64,000 nt of DNA from the NCBI RefSeq assembly GCF_009914755.1, contig NC_060926.1; one strand, given 5' to 3'. Positions 30,005-44,414 of the stretch are shown piece by piece. Position 1 is the stretch's first letter; every line of letters starts with the position of its first letter. The notes beneath the pieces are model-generated. The model was not told where the DNA came from and ran no database searches. It was given only the letters and a program-made list of their open reading frames with translations. This DNA comes from the human T2T-CHM13v2.0 reference genome, Homo sapiens. Made by a program: the position numbers and the translations under genes.

Positions 30005-33000
30005 ATACCTAGAGCCCAGGTGTTGGTTTCTAATATCATTCCCTAATAGAAGAAACCAGGGCTTCTTAGAGAAGTGGTTGATTGTAGAACTGGGGCAGGA
30101 AATATACAAGATGAGCCTGGAGCATCCTGTAGTAGCACAAAGTAAGAAAGTCCTCAAAACACACGACACAACACAAAAAGCACAAAACTAGAAACTAAAA
30201 ACAAAACAAAACCCTCGAATCCCTGTAAGTATGGAATATGTCATAATGGGGTATGTCAAAGAGATACAGAAGCAACCTGAAAGTGGCCCCAATGGCCAAA
30301 ACTGGAACAATTTGAGCAATAAAATAAATTGAGTAACTCAAAGAAATTATACCCTGAGACCAAAATAAATACCCATGAGTCCATACTAACATAAATAAAT
30401 GATTGAATAAATAAATAAATATGTAAATGATGGAGAAGAGACAAATCTTCAGTGCATAAAAATTGCAAAGAATTTATGTAGCTACTCTGCAGTAAAGGAG
30501 TAGGAACATTCCTCTCCACTCCTTAAGGATAGCCTTCACACAGTAACTTCCTTCCAAAGACTAGAGTATGGGAAAGAGGGGAAAAATAATAATTTTAGTA
30601 TTTGTGGAGAAATCTGACAAAGATGGTGGAGTAGGGGATACAAGCCTAAGTTGTTATCAGTTTCAAATAGACTGTTATAACTGTCAGATATTTTACATAA
30701 GCCTCATGGTAACCACAAAGCAGAAACATAAAGTAGATACATAAAAGATAAAGAGAAAGGAATCAAAGCATACTATTATAGAAAATAGTCAAATCACAAA
30801 GGAGGAGAGCAAGAGAGGAAGAAAGCAACAAAGAATCTACAAAACAACCAGAAAACAATTGACCAAATGGCAGTAGTATGTACCTATCCATAATTACCTT
30901 GAAAACAGAAAATAAGTGAATTAAATTCTCCAATCAAAGGACACAGAGTGCTTAATGGATTGAAAAATTAAGACTAAAGTATATTCTGCCTGTAAGAGAC
31001 TCATTTTGGCTTTAAGGACACACAAAGACTGAAAGTGAAGGGGTAGAAAAAGATACGCCATCCAAACAAAAAATGAGCAGGTGTAGATATACTTGTATCA
31101 GACTTTAAGTCAAAACTGCAAAAAGAGGAAAATAATATAATTATATAATGATAAAGGGGTCAATTCATCAAGAGAATATAACAATTGTAAATATATATGC
31201 ACCCAACTATATAAAACAAATATTAATTTAATGGGTCTTAAGGGAGAGATAGACAGCAACATAATAATAGTAGGGGACTTTAATAAGCCACTTCAACAAT
31301 GGATAAATCATCTAGACAGAAAATTAGTAAGGAAACATAGGACTTGAAACATGCTTTAGACCAAATGTACCTGACAGACATATATGGCACATTCCATCCA
31401 ATAGCAGCAGAATACACATTCCTTTCAAGCACACACAGAATACTCTCCAAAACAGATAACATGTTAGGATGTAAAACAAGTCTTATTAAATTTAAGAAGA
31501 CTGAAATCATATCAAGTATCTTTTTTGACCACAGTGATATGAAACTACAAATCAATAACAGGAGGAAAAATTCTCAAAATACGACATACAAATGGCTTTC
31601 AGGTATATGAGAAAAATGCTCAGCAGCACTAATCATCAGGGAAATACAAGTTAAAACCACAATGAGCTATCAGCTCAGAACTGTTATGATGGCTATTACT
31701 AAAAAGACAAGAGATAACAAGTGTTGGAGAGGGTGTAGAGAAAAGGGAATACTTGTGCATGGTTGATGGGAATGTAAAATATTACAGCCATTGTGGAAAA
31801 CCATACGGAAGTTCCTAAAAAAATTAAAAATAGAAATATCATATGGTTCAGCAAACCTACTTGTGGGTATATATCTGAAAGAAATGAAATCAGTATGTTG
31901 ACAAGATATTTGCACTTCCATGTTTGTTGCAGCATTATTCACAATAACCAAGATATAGAATCAACCTGTGTTCCTCAATGGATTAATAGATAAAGAAAAT
32001 GTGATAAATATACACAATGGAATATGATTCAGCTTTAAAAAAGAAGATGCTTTCATGTGTGACAACATGGATGAACCCAGAGGACATTATGCTAAGTAAA
32101 ATAAGCTAGGCAGAGAAAGACAAATACTGCACGATCTCATTGACATGTGGACTCTAAAACAGTTGAACTCATAAAAACAGGGAGTAGAATGGTAGTTTCT
32201 AGGGGCTGGAGGTGGAGGGGAATGGAGATGTTGGTCAAAGGGCACAAAGTGTCACTTAGGATGAATAAGTTGCAGCAATCTATTGTATAACATAATGACT
32301 ATAGTTAATAATAATGCATCGTACACTTGAAAATTGCTAAGAGAGTAGATCTTAAATGTTCTCACCATGAAAGAAATGATAAGTATTGAAGTGATAAATA
32401 TTTTAATCAGCTTGGTTTAATCATTTCCCAATGTATGAAAACATCATATTGTACGCCGTAAATGCACATACTTTTATGAGTCAAATATACTTCAATAAAG
32501 CTGAAAAAAGATTAACATCAATAGTAGTAAGTCATATTGATAGCATATACCCTCTAATGAGGTGACAAGAATGGAACTCTACCTCTGTTTTTTTCCCTAA
32601 AACATATTACCCCTGTGTAATCATGAAAAAAATGTCAAAAAAATTCCAACTGAGGGATCTGCCACAAAAAACCTGATCACTATGCCTTGAAACTATCAAA
32701 GACATCACAAACAAGGGAAGTCTGAGAAACTGTCACAACCAAGAGGAGCCTAAAGAGACATGAATGTAATGTGGCGTCCCGGATGGGATCCTGGAACAGG
32801 AAAAAGACACTAAAGAAAAACTGGGAAAAAAGTATGGATTTTAGTTATGAATTATTTATAAATATTGAGTTTATTCATTGTGATAAATGTACTATACTAT
32901 CAGACATAAATACTAAGAAAAACTGAGTGTGGAGTATCTGAAAACTTTTTGTACTATCTTTGCAACTTTTCTGTAAATCTAAAACTGTTCTAAAATATAA

Positions 33001-33010
33001 CTTTATTAAA
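30005..33010 (+). mobile_element. L1MC/L1MD 3' UTR split into 30005-30620 and 32510-33010
   Basis: ggggcaggaaatatacaagatgagcctggagcatc...gtggagaaatctgacaaa | ttaacatcaatagtagtaagtcatattgatagc...gtactatctttgcaactttttctgtaaatctaaaact. Confidence 0.75.
30640..32510 (+). mobile_element. L1MA-type element with large internal deletion (endonuclease region joined to ORF2 3' end and 3' UTR)
   Basis: ORF 31344-31610 (LTDIYGTFHP..AEYTFLSSTH..SKTDNMLG..K..FKKTEIISSIFFDH) is L1 endonuclease; at ~31580 it switches to C-terminal ORF2 and ends cttcaataaagctgaaaaaa. Confidence 0.85.
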
Positions 33011-33359
33011 AATGGCAATGATAAACTCATCGAAAGTTAACATAAATAATACATGAATTACAAACTATTCTATTTATTTCAAAAAAATTATTAAAGAGAG
33101 GGGCATTGTTTTGCATTTTTGCAAATCCCTTTAATAGCTAGGTTGATAGACATCTGGATTCTCATATCTGCTTCTATATTCAGTGTGTTGTGATATCAGA
33201 AATCATGGAACCTCTGAAAAACTCTACTGTAGACTCATGAGAGAATGAAAAAGGTAAATAATGTCTTCCTGTCTTTATATAAGTAATTTTAACCTCATAT
33301 ACCTCTTAAATGTATCGCAGGAGTTTTGTTACTACACTTTGAGAATGCTGACATATATT

Positions 33360-35690
33360 GTAGAACACACAGGTTATAAACTCCAGGTTATTAACAGAAA
33401 AACTGGCAAGGGAATATGAGAATAGAAAGTGACAAATTTCCTTTTCCTATAAATGGAAGTAAAAAATGAATTCTGTTATTAAAATTATGTCAATAGTTGT
33501 CAATATAATGCCAAGTGACATTATAAATATTGTAAATGTTAATAGCTATGGAAGTAGGGAATATTTTTAAAAAAACTTTAGGATAACTATTTATATAACG
33601 AAATAAAACATATGTATCTTTGAAATTACCAAAGATAATAGTCAACAAACCATCTATAAAGGAAAAATAGAAAAAAGAGGAAACAAAAACCAGAAAGTAT
33701 TAAACCAAATGATGAAAGAAGACCAACTATAACAATATATATAGATAAAGACAATGAGTGTGGAAATGTTCAACTAGCCTATTAAAAGAAAAAAGAATCT
33801 TAAGTTATGAACCGATATCAAAATATACTGTATGTAAGAGGAATTCTCACAACAAAATGATAGAGGAAAACTAAATATATGGAAAAAACTAAAATAAAAT
33901 GATGAAAAAGTATAAGTAAACAAATCAGAGGTGTTACTATTAATACTACAGGAAGTAGTGTTAATGGCAAAAAAGCACTAAATAGAGATATAAATATATT
34001 TTCTGTTACTAAATGTATATTCTATAGTGAAAACAAACATATCTTCAGCACATGTAAGGCAAAGCTTTTAAAAATATAAAGAGAATTTAGCAAAAGGACA
34101 ATTACAATGAAAGATTTTAAGGTATCACTCTCACTCTATGATTGGATAAGTTATCAAAAATCCATAACAGCAACAAATTGAACAAAACAATAAGATGATT
34201 CACTAACCAACTTTGAATCCTCATCTGTCTCCATATTTCAGGCCAAAAAGAGCATTCTAATAAGTCCCAAAAGGTAACCTTTGATATATGCCATAGTCTG
34301 TTTTGCATAAGAAAGGAAGGAAAGGGAATGGAGGCAAGGATGAAAGAAGGAAGGGGGAATGGAGGAAGCAAGGAAAGAAGAAAGGAAGGAAGAAAGGAAG
34401 GAGAAAAGAAAGAAAGAAAACTTGAAATACATTGGACTTAAAATTTTTCTAAATACCTATTGAGTCAATAAAAAAAGTTAGGTAGTGGTAGATTGTTTAA
34501 AAAGTAAAGAATACGAGAGCACTATATATCAGCATTTATGGAATGGAGACAAAATGAATTTTATTGGTAGATGTTTTCACTATTTGACAATTGAAAATAA
34601 ATGAACTGAGTATTAAAATAAAAAATCCAGAAAATGTGCATTTAAACGAACTTAGGTAGGGGGAGAAAAATAAAGATAAAAGATACATTAAAGTATGAAA
34701 GGCAATAGAATTGGTAAATAAACTATTTTGGCAAGTATTTTGGAAAAAATAGAGGAAGTAGAAATTAAAAATGTGAAAAGATGATGTATAATTGTATTAT
34801 TAAATTAAAAAGTCACTATGAAATAGATTTTTTTCTTAAAAATATAAATTAACAAATTGAAAAAGCAGAAAAACTATAAGTGGCAGTGATGAAATAAAAT
34901 GTATTATAGAGTTTCTTTCATAAAGGGCTCAAGGGCGAGCTGGTTTTATGGGTAAGTTCCTTTGCTAATTCCAATGCTATTTTGGAAAACAAAGACAGTT
35001 TTTAAAAGCATCCCTAGCCTTGATACCAAAATCTGACAAAGACAGCACACAGAAAACCAAACAAATATTACTTTTTGATATTGATATAAAAATCCTATGT
35101 AATATAACTAGTCAGTATATTAAAAGCATAACTTACCATGACCAACTAAGATTTATTCAAGAGACACAGGGAATAGAATTAAAATGATTTGCATACATGG
35201 GGTACATTAAAAATATACTTTTCTCAACAGATGCTGATATATTTTTACAAAACTCTGTCGTACTAGGAATAGTATAATGCTTCTTAAAATAATAAAATGT
35301 GTGACTATTGATAAACAGTCTTCTCAGCAGTTCATTGAACATTGAACTTAATTGTGAAACCAATAACCCAAAACTTACTTAATGGTGAAGTATTGTAGGT
35401 GTTTCCAGAAAAGTAAGAAAGTTAACAAAATTATTATTACTTAATACTGTGAAAGTTATGGTCTTACAATACAACATGAAGCAGAAATAAGAGGCATAAC
35501 CACTAGAAAGATGGAGACAAAATCATTATTTATAGATGATATGATTGTATTCCTAGAAAAAAACAGCTTAATCATTATTAGAATCAATAAATTGGCTAGA
35601 TAAAAGATAAGCTCACAAAACTAAATTACTTTGATGTATCACCAGCTGGAAAAAATAAAATCATTTCAAAATCATTTCAAAATTTGTACA
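33360..35690 (+). mobile_element. Highly decayed L1M ORF2 remnant
   Basis: A-rich; residual motifs ccttgataccaaaatctgacaaagacagcac, ccatgaccaactaagatttattcaag, tcattatttatagatgatatgattgtattcctagaaaa (FxDDMIV). Confidence 0.7.
34311..34420. repeat. Purine-rich (GGAA/GAAA)n tract
   Basis: 34361-34420 is purine-only on +. Confidence 0.9.
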
Positions 35691-36436
35691 TAATACTCAA
35701 ATTTAAGCTCCATGTAGTTAATTCCTTTTCCCTCTGAAATGGTTCCTGAGATTATCAAAGGAATGTAAAAATTCGTCTCAGCTCTGGAAACAAGTGCAGG
35801 AGGTCACCCACTGGCCAGAATAAATTTCTTCAGTTACTGAGCAGCTGAGACCAAACTGAAGGAGGATCTGGGCAGCTGCAGGAAGAACAACCTGTTTGGG
35901 AAAACAATTTTAAGGAACTTGCTGCAGTGCTGAAGGCTGCAGGGTGGAGCTGAGGAAGGGCTTGAGAGAAGGGGTGAGGACAAACCTTGAACCTTCTGTC
36001 ATCTTTGGGATGTACAATCGGCATCGCGGTAAGAAACTGACAGCTCGCGGGCCAATGTGCACTTCCCATTGGCTTGAATATTTGGAGACATGAACCGTAA
36101 TGACTAATGAGGGAGAGGGCAGGGCTCTGAATATCCTCAGGCTGCTCCTGTACAGTGTTGAGGCAGCTGGGAAGGGCAGAACCACAGCAAAGCCACACGT
36201 ACTCCTTTTTAAATCTGGAATTTAAAGACTTGAGTAGAGACCCCTTTAACTTGGAATCTATTTTAACTCTCCATACCGGACTACAGTTATTAGAATGAAC
36301 AAAAAGGGAAAATGGTTGGATGTTTGCTGAAGCTAATGTGGGAAGAAAAGTAAATGTCTCTTTGTGAGATAGCTTACTTCAAGAAACAGGTGGAAATTCA
36401 AAGTAATTCCATATTTGTTTTTAAACGAGATTTGAG

Positions 36437-36574
36437 GCTGTTGCACTTATGAGAAGGGCAGAAAATACTTCTTTCAAATGAAAACATGGTTACAGAATTA
36501 AAAATGCTGTTGCACTTAGGAAAAGGGCAGAAAATACTGCTTTCAAATAAAAACAGGATTACAACATTAAAAAT
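36437..36574 (+). repeat. 69-bp tandem duplication (2 copies)
   Basis: gctgttgcactta...ttaaaaat at 36437-36505 and 36506-36574; 8 mismatches by hand count. Confidence 0.95.
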
Positions 36575-37075
36575 GCAGAGGAAGCCGTGAAGAGCAGATA
36601 ATCTCTTCATCTTACAGTTTCATCAGAAATGCCTAAGAATTCACCCAGAAACCATAAAATGGTGAAAGAAATAATCAAGTTAGTAAAATAGTAAGGGACA
36701 CGGAAAGTACACAATTTATGTGTAGCAGTAACTCTGAAAGGAGAGCAGAAAAGAGGGCAGGCCATTAAAAAATGTTGTTTTTAAAGGAGAATTTCCCTGA
36801 ACTAGAGATCTGACTTTAGATTAAAAGGTCTCAGCAATGACAGAAAATGACAAAATCCTCTACATATACATGTCTTCTGGTGCGGCTTTTGAAAATACAA
36901 TACGAAATGAAGCATTACAATAAGATAAAGAAAAATCTTAAATGTATGCAGGCAGAAATCACAAATTATGTAAAATGGGAAAAAAATCAGATGGTATCAG
37001 ATTTCTTCACTTAAGTAAATATTGGAAGACCATGGAACAGTGTCTTAAGAATTTAGAGAGAAAATGATTGTGGTC
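36575..37075 (+). mobile_element. Decayed L1 ORF1-like / HAL1 remnant
   Basis: gagaatttccctgaacta...agattaaaaggtctcag...aagataaagaaaaatctt...aaaatcagatggtatcagatttcttc...gaagaccatggaacagtgtctt. Confidence 0.6.
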
Positions 37076-37199
37076 TATTTTTCATATATTCATTTTATCT
37101 CATCTTTTTATTTCTTGGTGATTTTTTTTCAAGTGATAATATTTTTATTCTAGAAGTAGATGTCTTAAAAATTTCACTTTACTTAATTTAAAAATGCAG

Positions 37200-40030
37200 T
37201 CAAGGCAATAATTTATTTTCAGTATAGATAAATTATTTTAAATTGCAGAAAATCTAAAGTAAAAATTTTAGATGACCTATAATTCCACATCAAAGGCAAA
37301 AACATTGCGTATTAAATTTTGCTGCATAATTTTCCAGACTTTTTACCTATAATCCATAAGTGCATGAATATACTTTATGAAACATACAAGGGGCACTAAC
37401 TGCACATATTACTTTGAAGCCTGCTTTATTTACTGATTATAATATTATGATAAATAATATTATGATCATAATATATGATCGGTATTATTAATATTTTCAC
37501 ATTAATGTGCTTGTATAATGCCATTTTAACAGTTGTATAGTTTTTTGTATGAATGATCCATCATTTCTTTAATCAATCTTTTATGATTTGATATTTGTTT
37601 CTAATTTTACAGCTCTATAAACCATGCTGACAAAATCTTACATAATTGCTGTTAAGACTTTCTAAGAATGTAATTGCTGATTCAAATCAACTACACATTT
37701 GAAAACTTTGACAGATATTGTCAAACTATGCTCCTGAAAACAGCTCCCACCTTCCCCATAACCTCACTGATACTTAACATTTTCATTAAGTTTAACATGG
37801 GCCACTCAAATAAAGGAAAAATTGTATACATTATTTGGAATATAATTTTTCATATTCTTTTATGAGCTATAGTGTTTTGAGGGTTGCTTTACTCTTATTG
37901 ATAAGTTGCAGTCCTCTATGTTAGTTTTTCTCATATATTATAATCTTTTTCTCAGTTTGTCACGTGCAGAAGTTCTTCATGGAGTTTCCTGATATATAGA
38001 ATTTAACAAACTCATCTATAACTATATCTGTATGTGTGTATCTACTTATATATGCAAACCAGCAATCTTTCATTTTGGCTTCTACCTTGAGGGTTATGCA
38101 TTGAAAGCCTCTACTCCATCCCAATTTATTTGGAATTTATATTGGTTTTAAGTTGTGAGAAAGGAATCCAGTTTTATGGTTAGTCCAGAGTTTCCCCAGA
38201 ATATGTTTTATGGATAATACTTCTGTGTGATGTTTACAGGATTAATCAAAAGAAGGATTCCACAATCAAATAAGTTTGAGAAGCAGAAGGTTTAAGCAAA
38301 ACCACTGGATTTCTTCACTGCAGTACTTACTAGGATGGAGACTAGTCTTTGTAATAGAATTTGAAGTGGCAAAACATTAGACACAATGCAAATATATGTC
38401 AATATCATACTGGATAAGTAAATTATGGTTTCTCCATATAAAGAATACTATGCAGCTGTAAAGAAAAGATGTGAGAATGCTTGCAATACTGATGGGAAAG
38501 GATATCCAAGATTGTTAACAGAAAAAGTCAGAATAGGGTATACTGTATATTGTATTGTGCATTAAGAAAGGAGACAGTAAGAATATATGTTTACACTTTC
38601 TTAGATGGCATAAAGAAATGTTAGAAGGTTCATTAGAAACCAAGAATGGTGGTTGTCCATAAAGTGGTAGGGGTAGAAACAGGGCGAGTATGAGAGAGAG
38701 AGAGAGAAACCTTTTCCTAATTACTTTTTTACACTTTCTGATTTCTAAACCACACAAATATGTATAAATTTTTTAAAAAAATTTAAAAAGGAAACCCTCT
38801 CAAAGGCTCCAATATGCTATTATATACTGTGACTATCCAAGTTGTGGGCAGCGGTAGTATAGAGAGTAATCTACAAACTCATTCAAGTACAGAATCCTAC
38901 AATTTTAGGTTATTCAGGTTTCCAAAAATAGTGATGGAATAATCCTTACAAATTTGACATGCTATCTTTAGCACATACTAAACACAAAATTTTATACGTT
39001 TGAGTTTTTGTGTGTGCGTGTGTAATTTCTAGTCTGCTTTTATTAAATGATTCTACCCCTAGTACTGAGTATTTTGATATCTCGAATGGCAAGTCATTTA
39101 TTATCATTCTCTTAAAAGTTATTTTGCTGATATAAAAATTAATTCTTGTTGTTTATTATTTTCTTGAACGAGTTTTATCCATTAACTCTTTCAGATGATT
39201 CACTTTATCAAACTGCCTAAACGTACTCTTAGGAGTAGTTTGAGAAGAACTGATATCCTTAGGAATTATATAAAGATAGAAGGGAAACTGTTTTCTATAT
39301 ATCCTTAAACACTTTCTGTGTTTTGAATCATGTGGAATGTAGTTCTCAAATATTTTCTTATGCCGTCCAGTAAAGTCTAAATTAGCATGATATTTTTCAT
39401 TTTGCTTACATAAGTTCTGGCTATTTCTTAATTATTCTAAGGGTTTTCACTTTTTTTTTGAAAAGGAAATCCATTTTTCATTTTATTTTGTCAAGGATTA
39501 TTGCTGAATAATTATTGCTGAAATAAGCTACTTTTTTCTTCAACACTACATTTTAACAAATTTAATTTTGGCATTTCTTGAGACAAATATATGATGCTCC
39601 CCTTTAACAATTTAATTTGAAGAAATATAATAACAGATTTCCTGATAATTTATTTGCTAGTATTATTTGCTGGAAAAAGTCATGCTCAAAAACATAACAT
39701 TGCTGTTTCAATATAATTTTTATTTTTTTGGTGAACGTTTTAATTGGGATGTTTGCATCTATATTTGTAAATGGAGTTGGTCTGAAGGTTTGTTTTTGGA
39801 GTTGTCTTTGTTAGCTTTCTATATTTAGGTTTTACCAAATCTCCATAATAAATGAGCAAGATTTCCATATTGTTCTGTGCTCTTGAAGAGCTTATAAGAG
39901 TATTTGAAAGATTTTTCCCTGCACAGATTTTGATCCCAGTGCCTTTTGTAAATGTAATTTTTGAACAGTAGTTTCATTCCCCTTTACCTCCAAGCTGTAT
40001 CAGTTTGATAATTTATGGTTTTGTGGAAAA
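37200..40030. mobile_element. Patchwork of very old L1M fragments (mostly minus; a plus-strand 3' end at ~38370-38790)
   Basis: Very AT-rich with degenerate L1ME motifs (gtaaattatggtttctccatataaagaatactatgcagctgtaaag; ttgggatgtttgcatctatatttgtaaatg). Confidence 0.5.
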
Positions 40031-40362
40031 TCATCCATTTAATCTTATTGTGAGTTATGCTCTCTGGCCTCTGTGCTTTCTCTTTCTCCATCTGAGGACA
40101 GCTGCCTCCGGAAGTTGATGGCAGCACCCCAAAGGAGTCCTAAATTGGGTGGACCCATCTTTCTCAAGGCTTCAAGGCTCACACTTTCACCTCCTAATTA
40201 GGGGCTATTGGTATGTAGAGGCCATAAAGCACTTGGTGGCTGCCTCCTGTTTGGCGCTATCTGCACAATGTCTACCAGAAATGTAGTAAAATTTCTGGCA
40301 TTTGTGTGGCAACCTTCCTAGTTTCTGCAGTAACGTTGGCTTTCCTCCTTTTTTCTTCTTCC

Positions 40363-40387
40363 TTTTTTTTTTTTTTTTTTTTTTTTT
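40363..40387. repeat. Poly-T tract
   Basis: Uninterrupted T run of about 25 nt. Confidence 0.92.
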
Positions 40388-41915
40388 ACTTTGTTCACTC
40401 TGATTTCTGTCTGGGAGTCAAGGTTAAGGGCATGTGTTTATGCTAGCATCTTCCCCTGCAGTGTCAATGCACTTTTCCCTCTCCGTTTAATTGCTTTTCA
40501 TCAACCAAAGCGATAATACTAGGGGCTCTGGGCTGTATTTATAAGTGTAGTGGGTGTCAGGGGAAGAGAGTAATCACAACAGCTAGCATAAACAATCAAT
40601 CCTGGAAACACAAATATGTTGACACCCCTTTGGCCAAGGCCTAGAGCAGCTTGCCAAAGGATCCACATTTTTTTTTAAATTTGTAAAATAATCAAGAAGA
40701 CGGAAAATTTAAGAAGTAGTGCTGTAGGTATATTTTTAAATATTCCTCTCTTACTCCCTGTTAATGAGGTGATTTTCAATTTTTATTATTGTGAACGAAA
40801 GTAAAGAATACACATAGATATAAAAATTTCGGCTGATTTTTGATAATGAATCATAATATACAAAAGATGAAGTAAATAATGACGATGGCATATTTTTGTA
40901 GTCTGCTGTTACAGTTGGTACCTGTAGAGAATTATATTAGAGCTAACATATTCATATTCACTCACATTTCCACAAAATATCCAGTTAATTAAATGAACGA
41001 TTCTGTTTTCTAACATAGCCTCCTCTCCCACTATTATTGGTAATATTTAGAATTCAGAATAGGAATGTCTTACTTCTTGCTAAAACTCTACCATAAAATT
41101 ATGTACATAGAAATTTAATTATCAGAAAATGACATATGACCAATATTAATAAATGACTCAGGGAAGCAGAAATTCCCAGCTTGTCTAAATCTCATTTTTT
41201 TGGATGTCCTTTTCATTTTTCATCCTCATTACAGATTTTTTCTTGGCCTTGATTGTGGGTTCTCTGATGAAGAAATGTTGGCTCATTCATTTTCCTTGTC
41301 CTCAGGGGCATTGCCCTAGTACCTTCTGAGACCATTGCCACCCTACAGCCCACATAACAACTACAAGAATGGGCTTAGCTCTCATTAACTTTGAAAGCTA
41401 CTGCATGCTCCTCACAGTTTTTATAGAAAAAAGGAAAGGGTCAATGCATTTTGCAAAGTCAAATTGTTCTTCTTTATACATTCACCTTTCTTTCTCTGTG
41501 CTTTCTTCTTCAATGGGAAGAGTCACCTTTGATTACATGTAAAATCTTTATCACCTGTCAGTCATCTCCACCTTCCTAGAACTTCCTGTGTAGTGTCATA
41601 GTTTTGCCAGAGCAGCCACGCTAAGCTGCTGGGTTGCTAATTATTGCAGGACTTAATTACAAATTATGATAATATTATATTAATGATGAGCCTAACTCCC
41701 CATTTTCATGAATGTTATAATGTTAGCATAATTATCTATAACTGTGAATTGTAAACACAGACAGGGAATGGCAGATAAAACTGAGCCAGTTCCCCCAGGG
41801 ATCTAGGAATATAGCTAGAAGCAGCTAACTTTGAAGCTGGTGGTTTATCTTACCAGTCAGTTAAGAGAAACCACTGAAGTAATAAATTTTCAAAGGAGGG
41901 GATTTGTTAACATAC

Positions 41916-41943
41916 GTGTGTGTGTGTGTGTGTGTGTGTGTGT
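41916..41943. repeat. (GT)n microsatellite
   Basis: About 14 perfect GT units. Confidence 0.95.
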
Positions 41944-42044
41944 CTTCACATCATGTCATAGAAACAATTTTAATAACATAGAAATTGTCTATATGGTAAA
42001 TGAAATAAGCAGATTATAAAATATATATATATATGAATGACTAT

Positions 42045-42925
<881 letters not shown>

Positions 42926-42930
42926 CCACA

Positions 42931-43227
42931 TTTTTTTTCTTCTTCTTTGAGACAGGATTTCACTCTGTCACCCAGGCTGGAGTGCAGTGGAGTGACCTCA
43001 GCTCCTCTCAACCTCTGCCTCCCAGGCTCAAGTGATCCTCCCACCTCAGCCTCCCAAGTATCTGGGACCACAGGTCAGCTTGCCACCACGCAGAGCTAAT
43101 TTATTTGTAGAGAGGGGGTTTCACCATGTTGCCCAGGCTGGTCTTGAACTCCTGAGCTTAAGCGATCTACCTGCCTGGGCCTCCCAAAAAATACTGGGAT
43201 TACAGTCATGAGCCACTGCACTGGGCT
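42931..43227 (-). mobile_element. AluJ
   Basis: ctcccaggctcaagtgatcctcccacctcagcc and ttgcccaggctggtcttgaactcctgagc are AluJ-type; flanked by ccaca(a)ttttttt on both sides. Confidence 0.92.
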
Positions 43228-43452
43228 CCACAATTTTTTTTGTTTGTTTTATCCGTTCTACTGATGATGGATATTTGAAACATCTCCAGTTTGGGGGGTA
43301 TTAAGAGCAATGCTGATGGGAACATTATGTTTGATGTCATTGAGTGTATATGTGAATGGGTTTTTTTTAGGGTAATTACCTGCAAGTGGAATTTCTGAGT
43401 TATAGGGTATGCATAGCTTCTTCTTTTCTAGACAGTATAAAAGTATTTTCTG

Positions 43453-43748
<296 letters not shown>

Positions 43749-43955
43749 GTATTTTCCAATGTAATTATCAATTTATACTTCTTCTAGCAGTTGACAAATG
43801 TTCTTATTGCTTAGTTTGAAACACTTAGTTTTGTCAGATTTCTTAATATTTTCTAGTTTGATGGCTGTGTAGTAAGATCTCATTATCACTTTAATTTGCA
43901 TTTCACTGGTAACAAATGAAGTTGTGTGCCTCCTCATAATATTTATTGACTTTGT

Positions 43956-43959
<4 letters not shown>

Positions 43960-43987
<28 letters not shown>
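43960..43987. repeat. (TG)n microsatellite
   Basis: About 14 perfect TG units. Confidence 0.95.
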
Positions 43988-44414
43988 AAGCCCATGTTCA
44001 AAACCTTTGCTCATTCTTTTATTGGATTTCCTGTCTTTAATAGTGCTTAATTTAATTGATGTTTTAGTAAACGTTAGTTTAACTGTATTTGCAAACGTTA
44101 GTAAAGAGTTTGAATGAATGATCATGGTTGAAGGTCCACCATACAGCCAGAAGGCAGGTGCAGCAACCTGAGATTTTTCACAAAACATTTTATGTAATTA
44201 GCTTACACAATTATTCATCAATTAAATTGGGTCTAAGCATCTTCCCATCACACTGTTTGCTGCCTGTCATCTTCCAGTGAAACCAGATTAATGAATGATG
44301 CTAACATTGGTAGTTAACATTCACTAGACCCTTACCCCTATCCAGGGCACTAGGCTGAGGACTTCATATAGGTTATTTTTACTTACATCTCTCAATGCTT
44401 CTTTGTGGAATGTA

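Larger units (their letters stand above)
29830..33350 (+). mobile_element. MER119-like hAT-Charlie element split into 29830-30000 and 33010-33350 by L1 insertions
   Basis: Left part aattgaagactcccaaagaacttttgttcatgtgggtcgtatctatcaata; right part ggcattgttttgcatttttgcaaatccc...ctctgaaaaactctactgtagactcatgagagaatga...cacactttgagaatgctg-like end. Confidence 0.7.
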
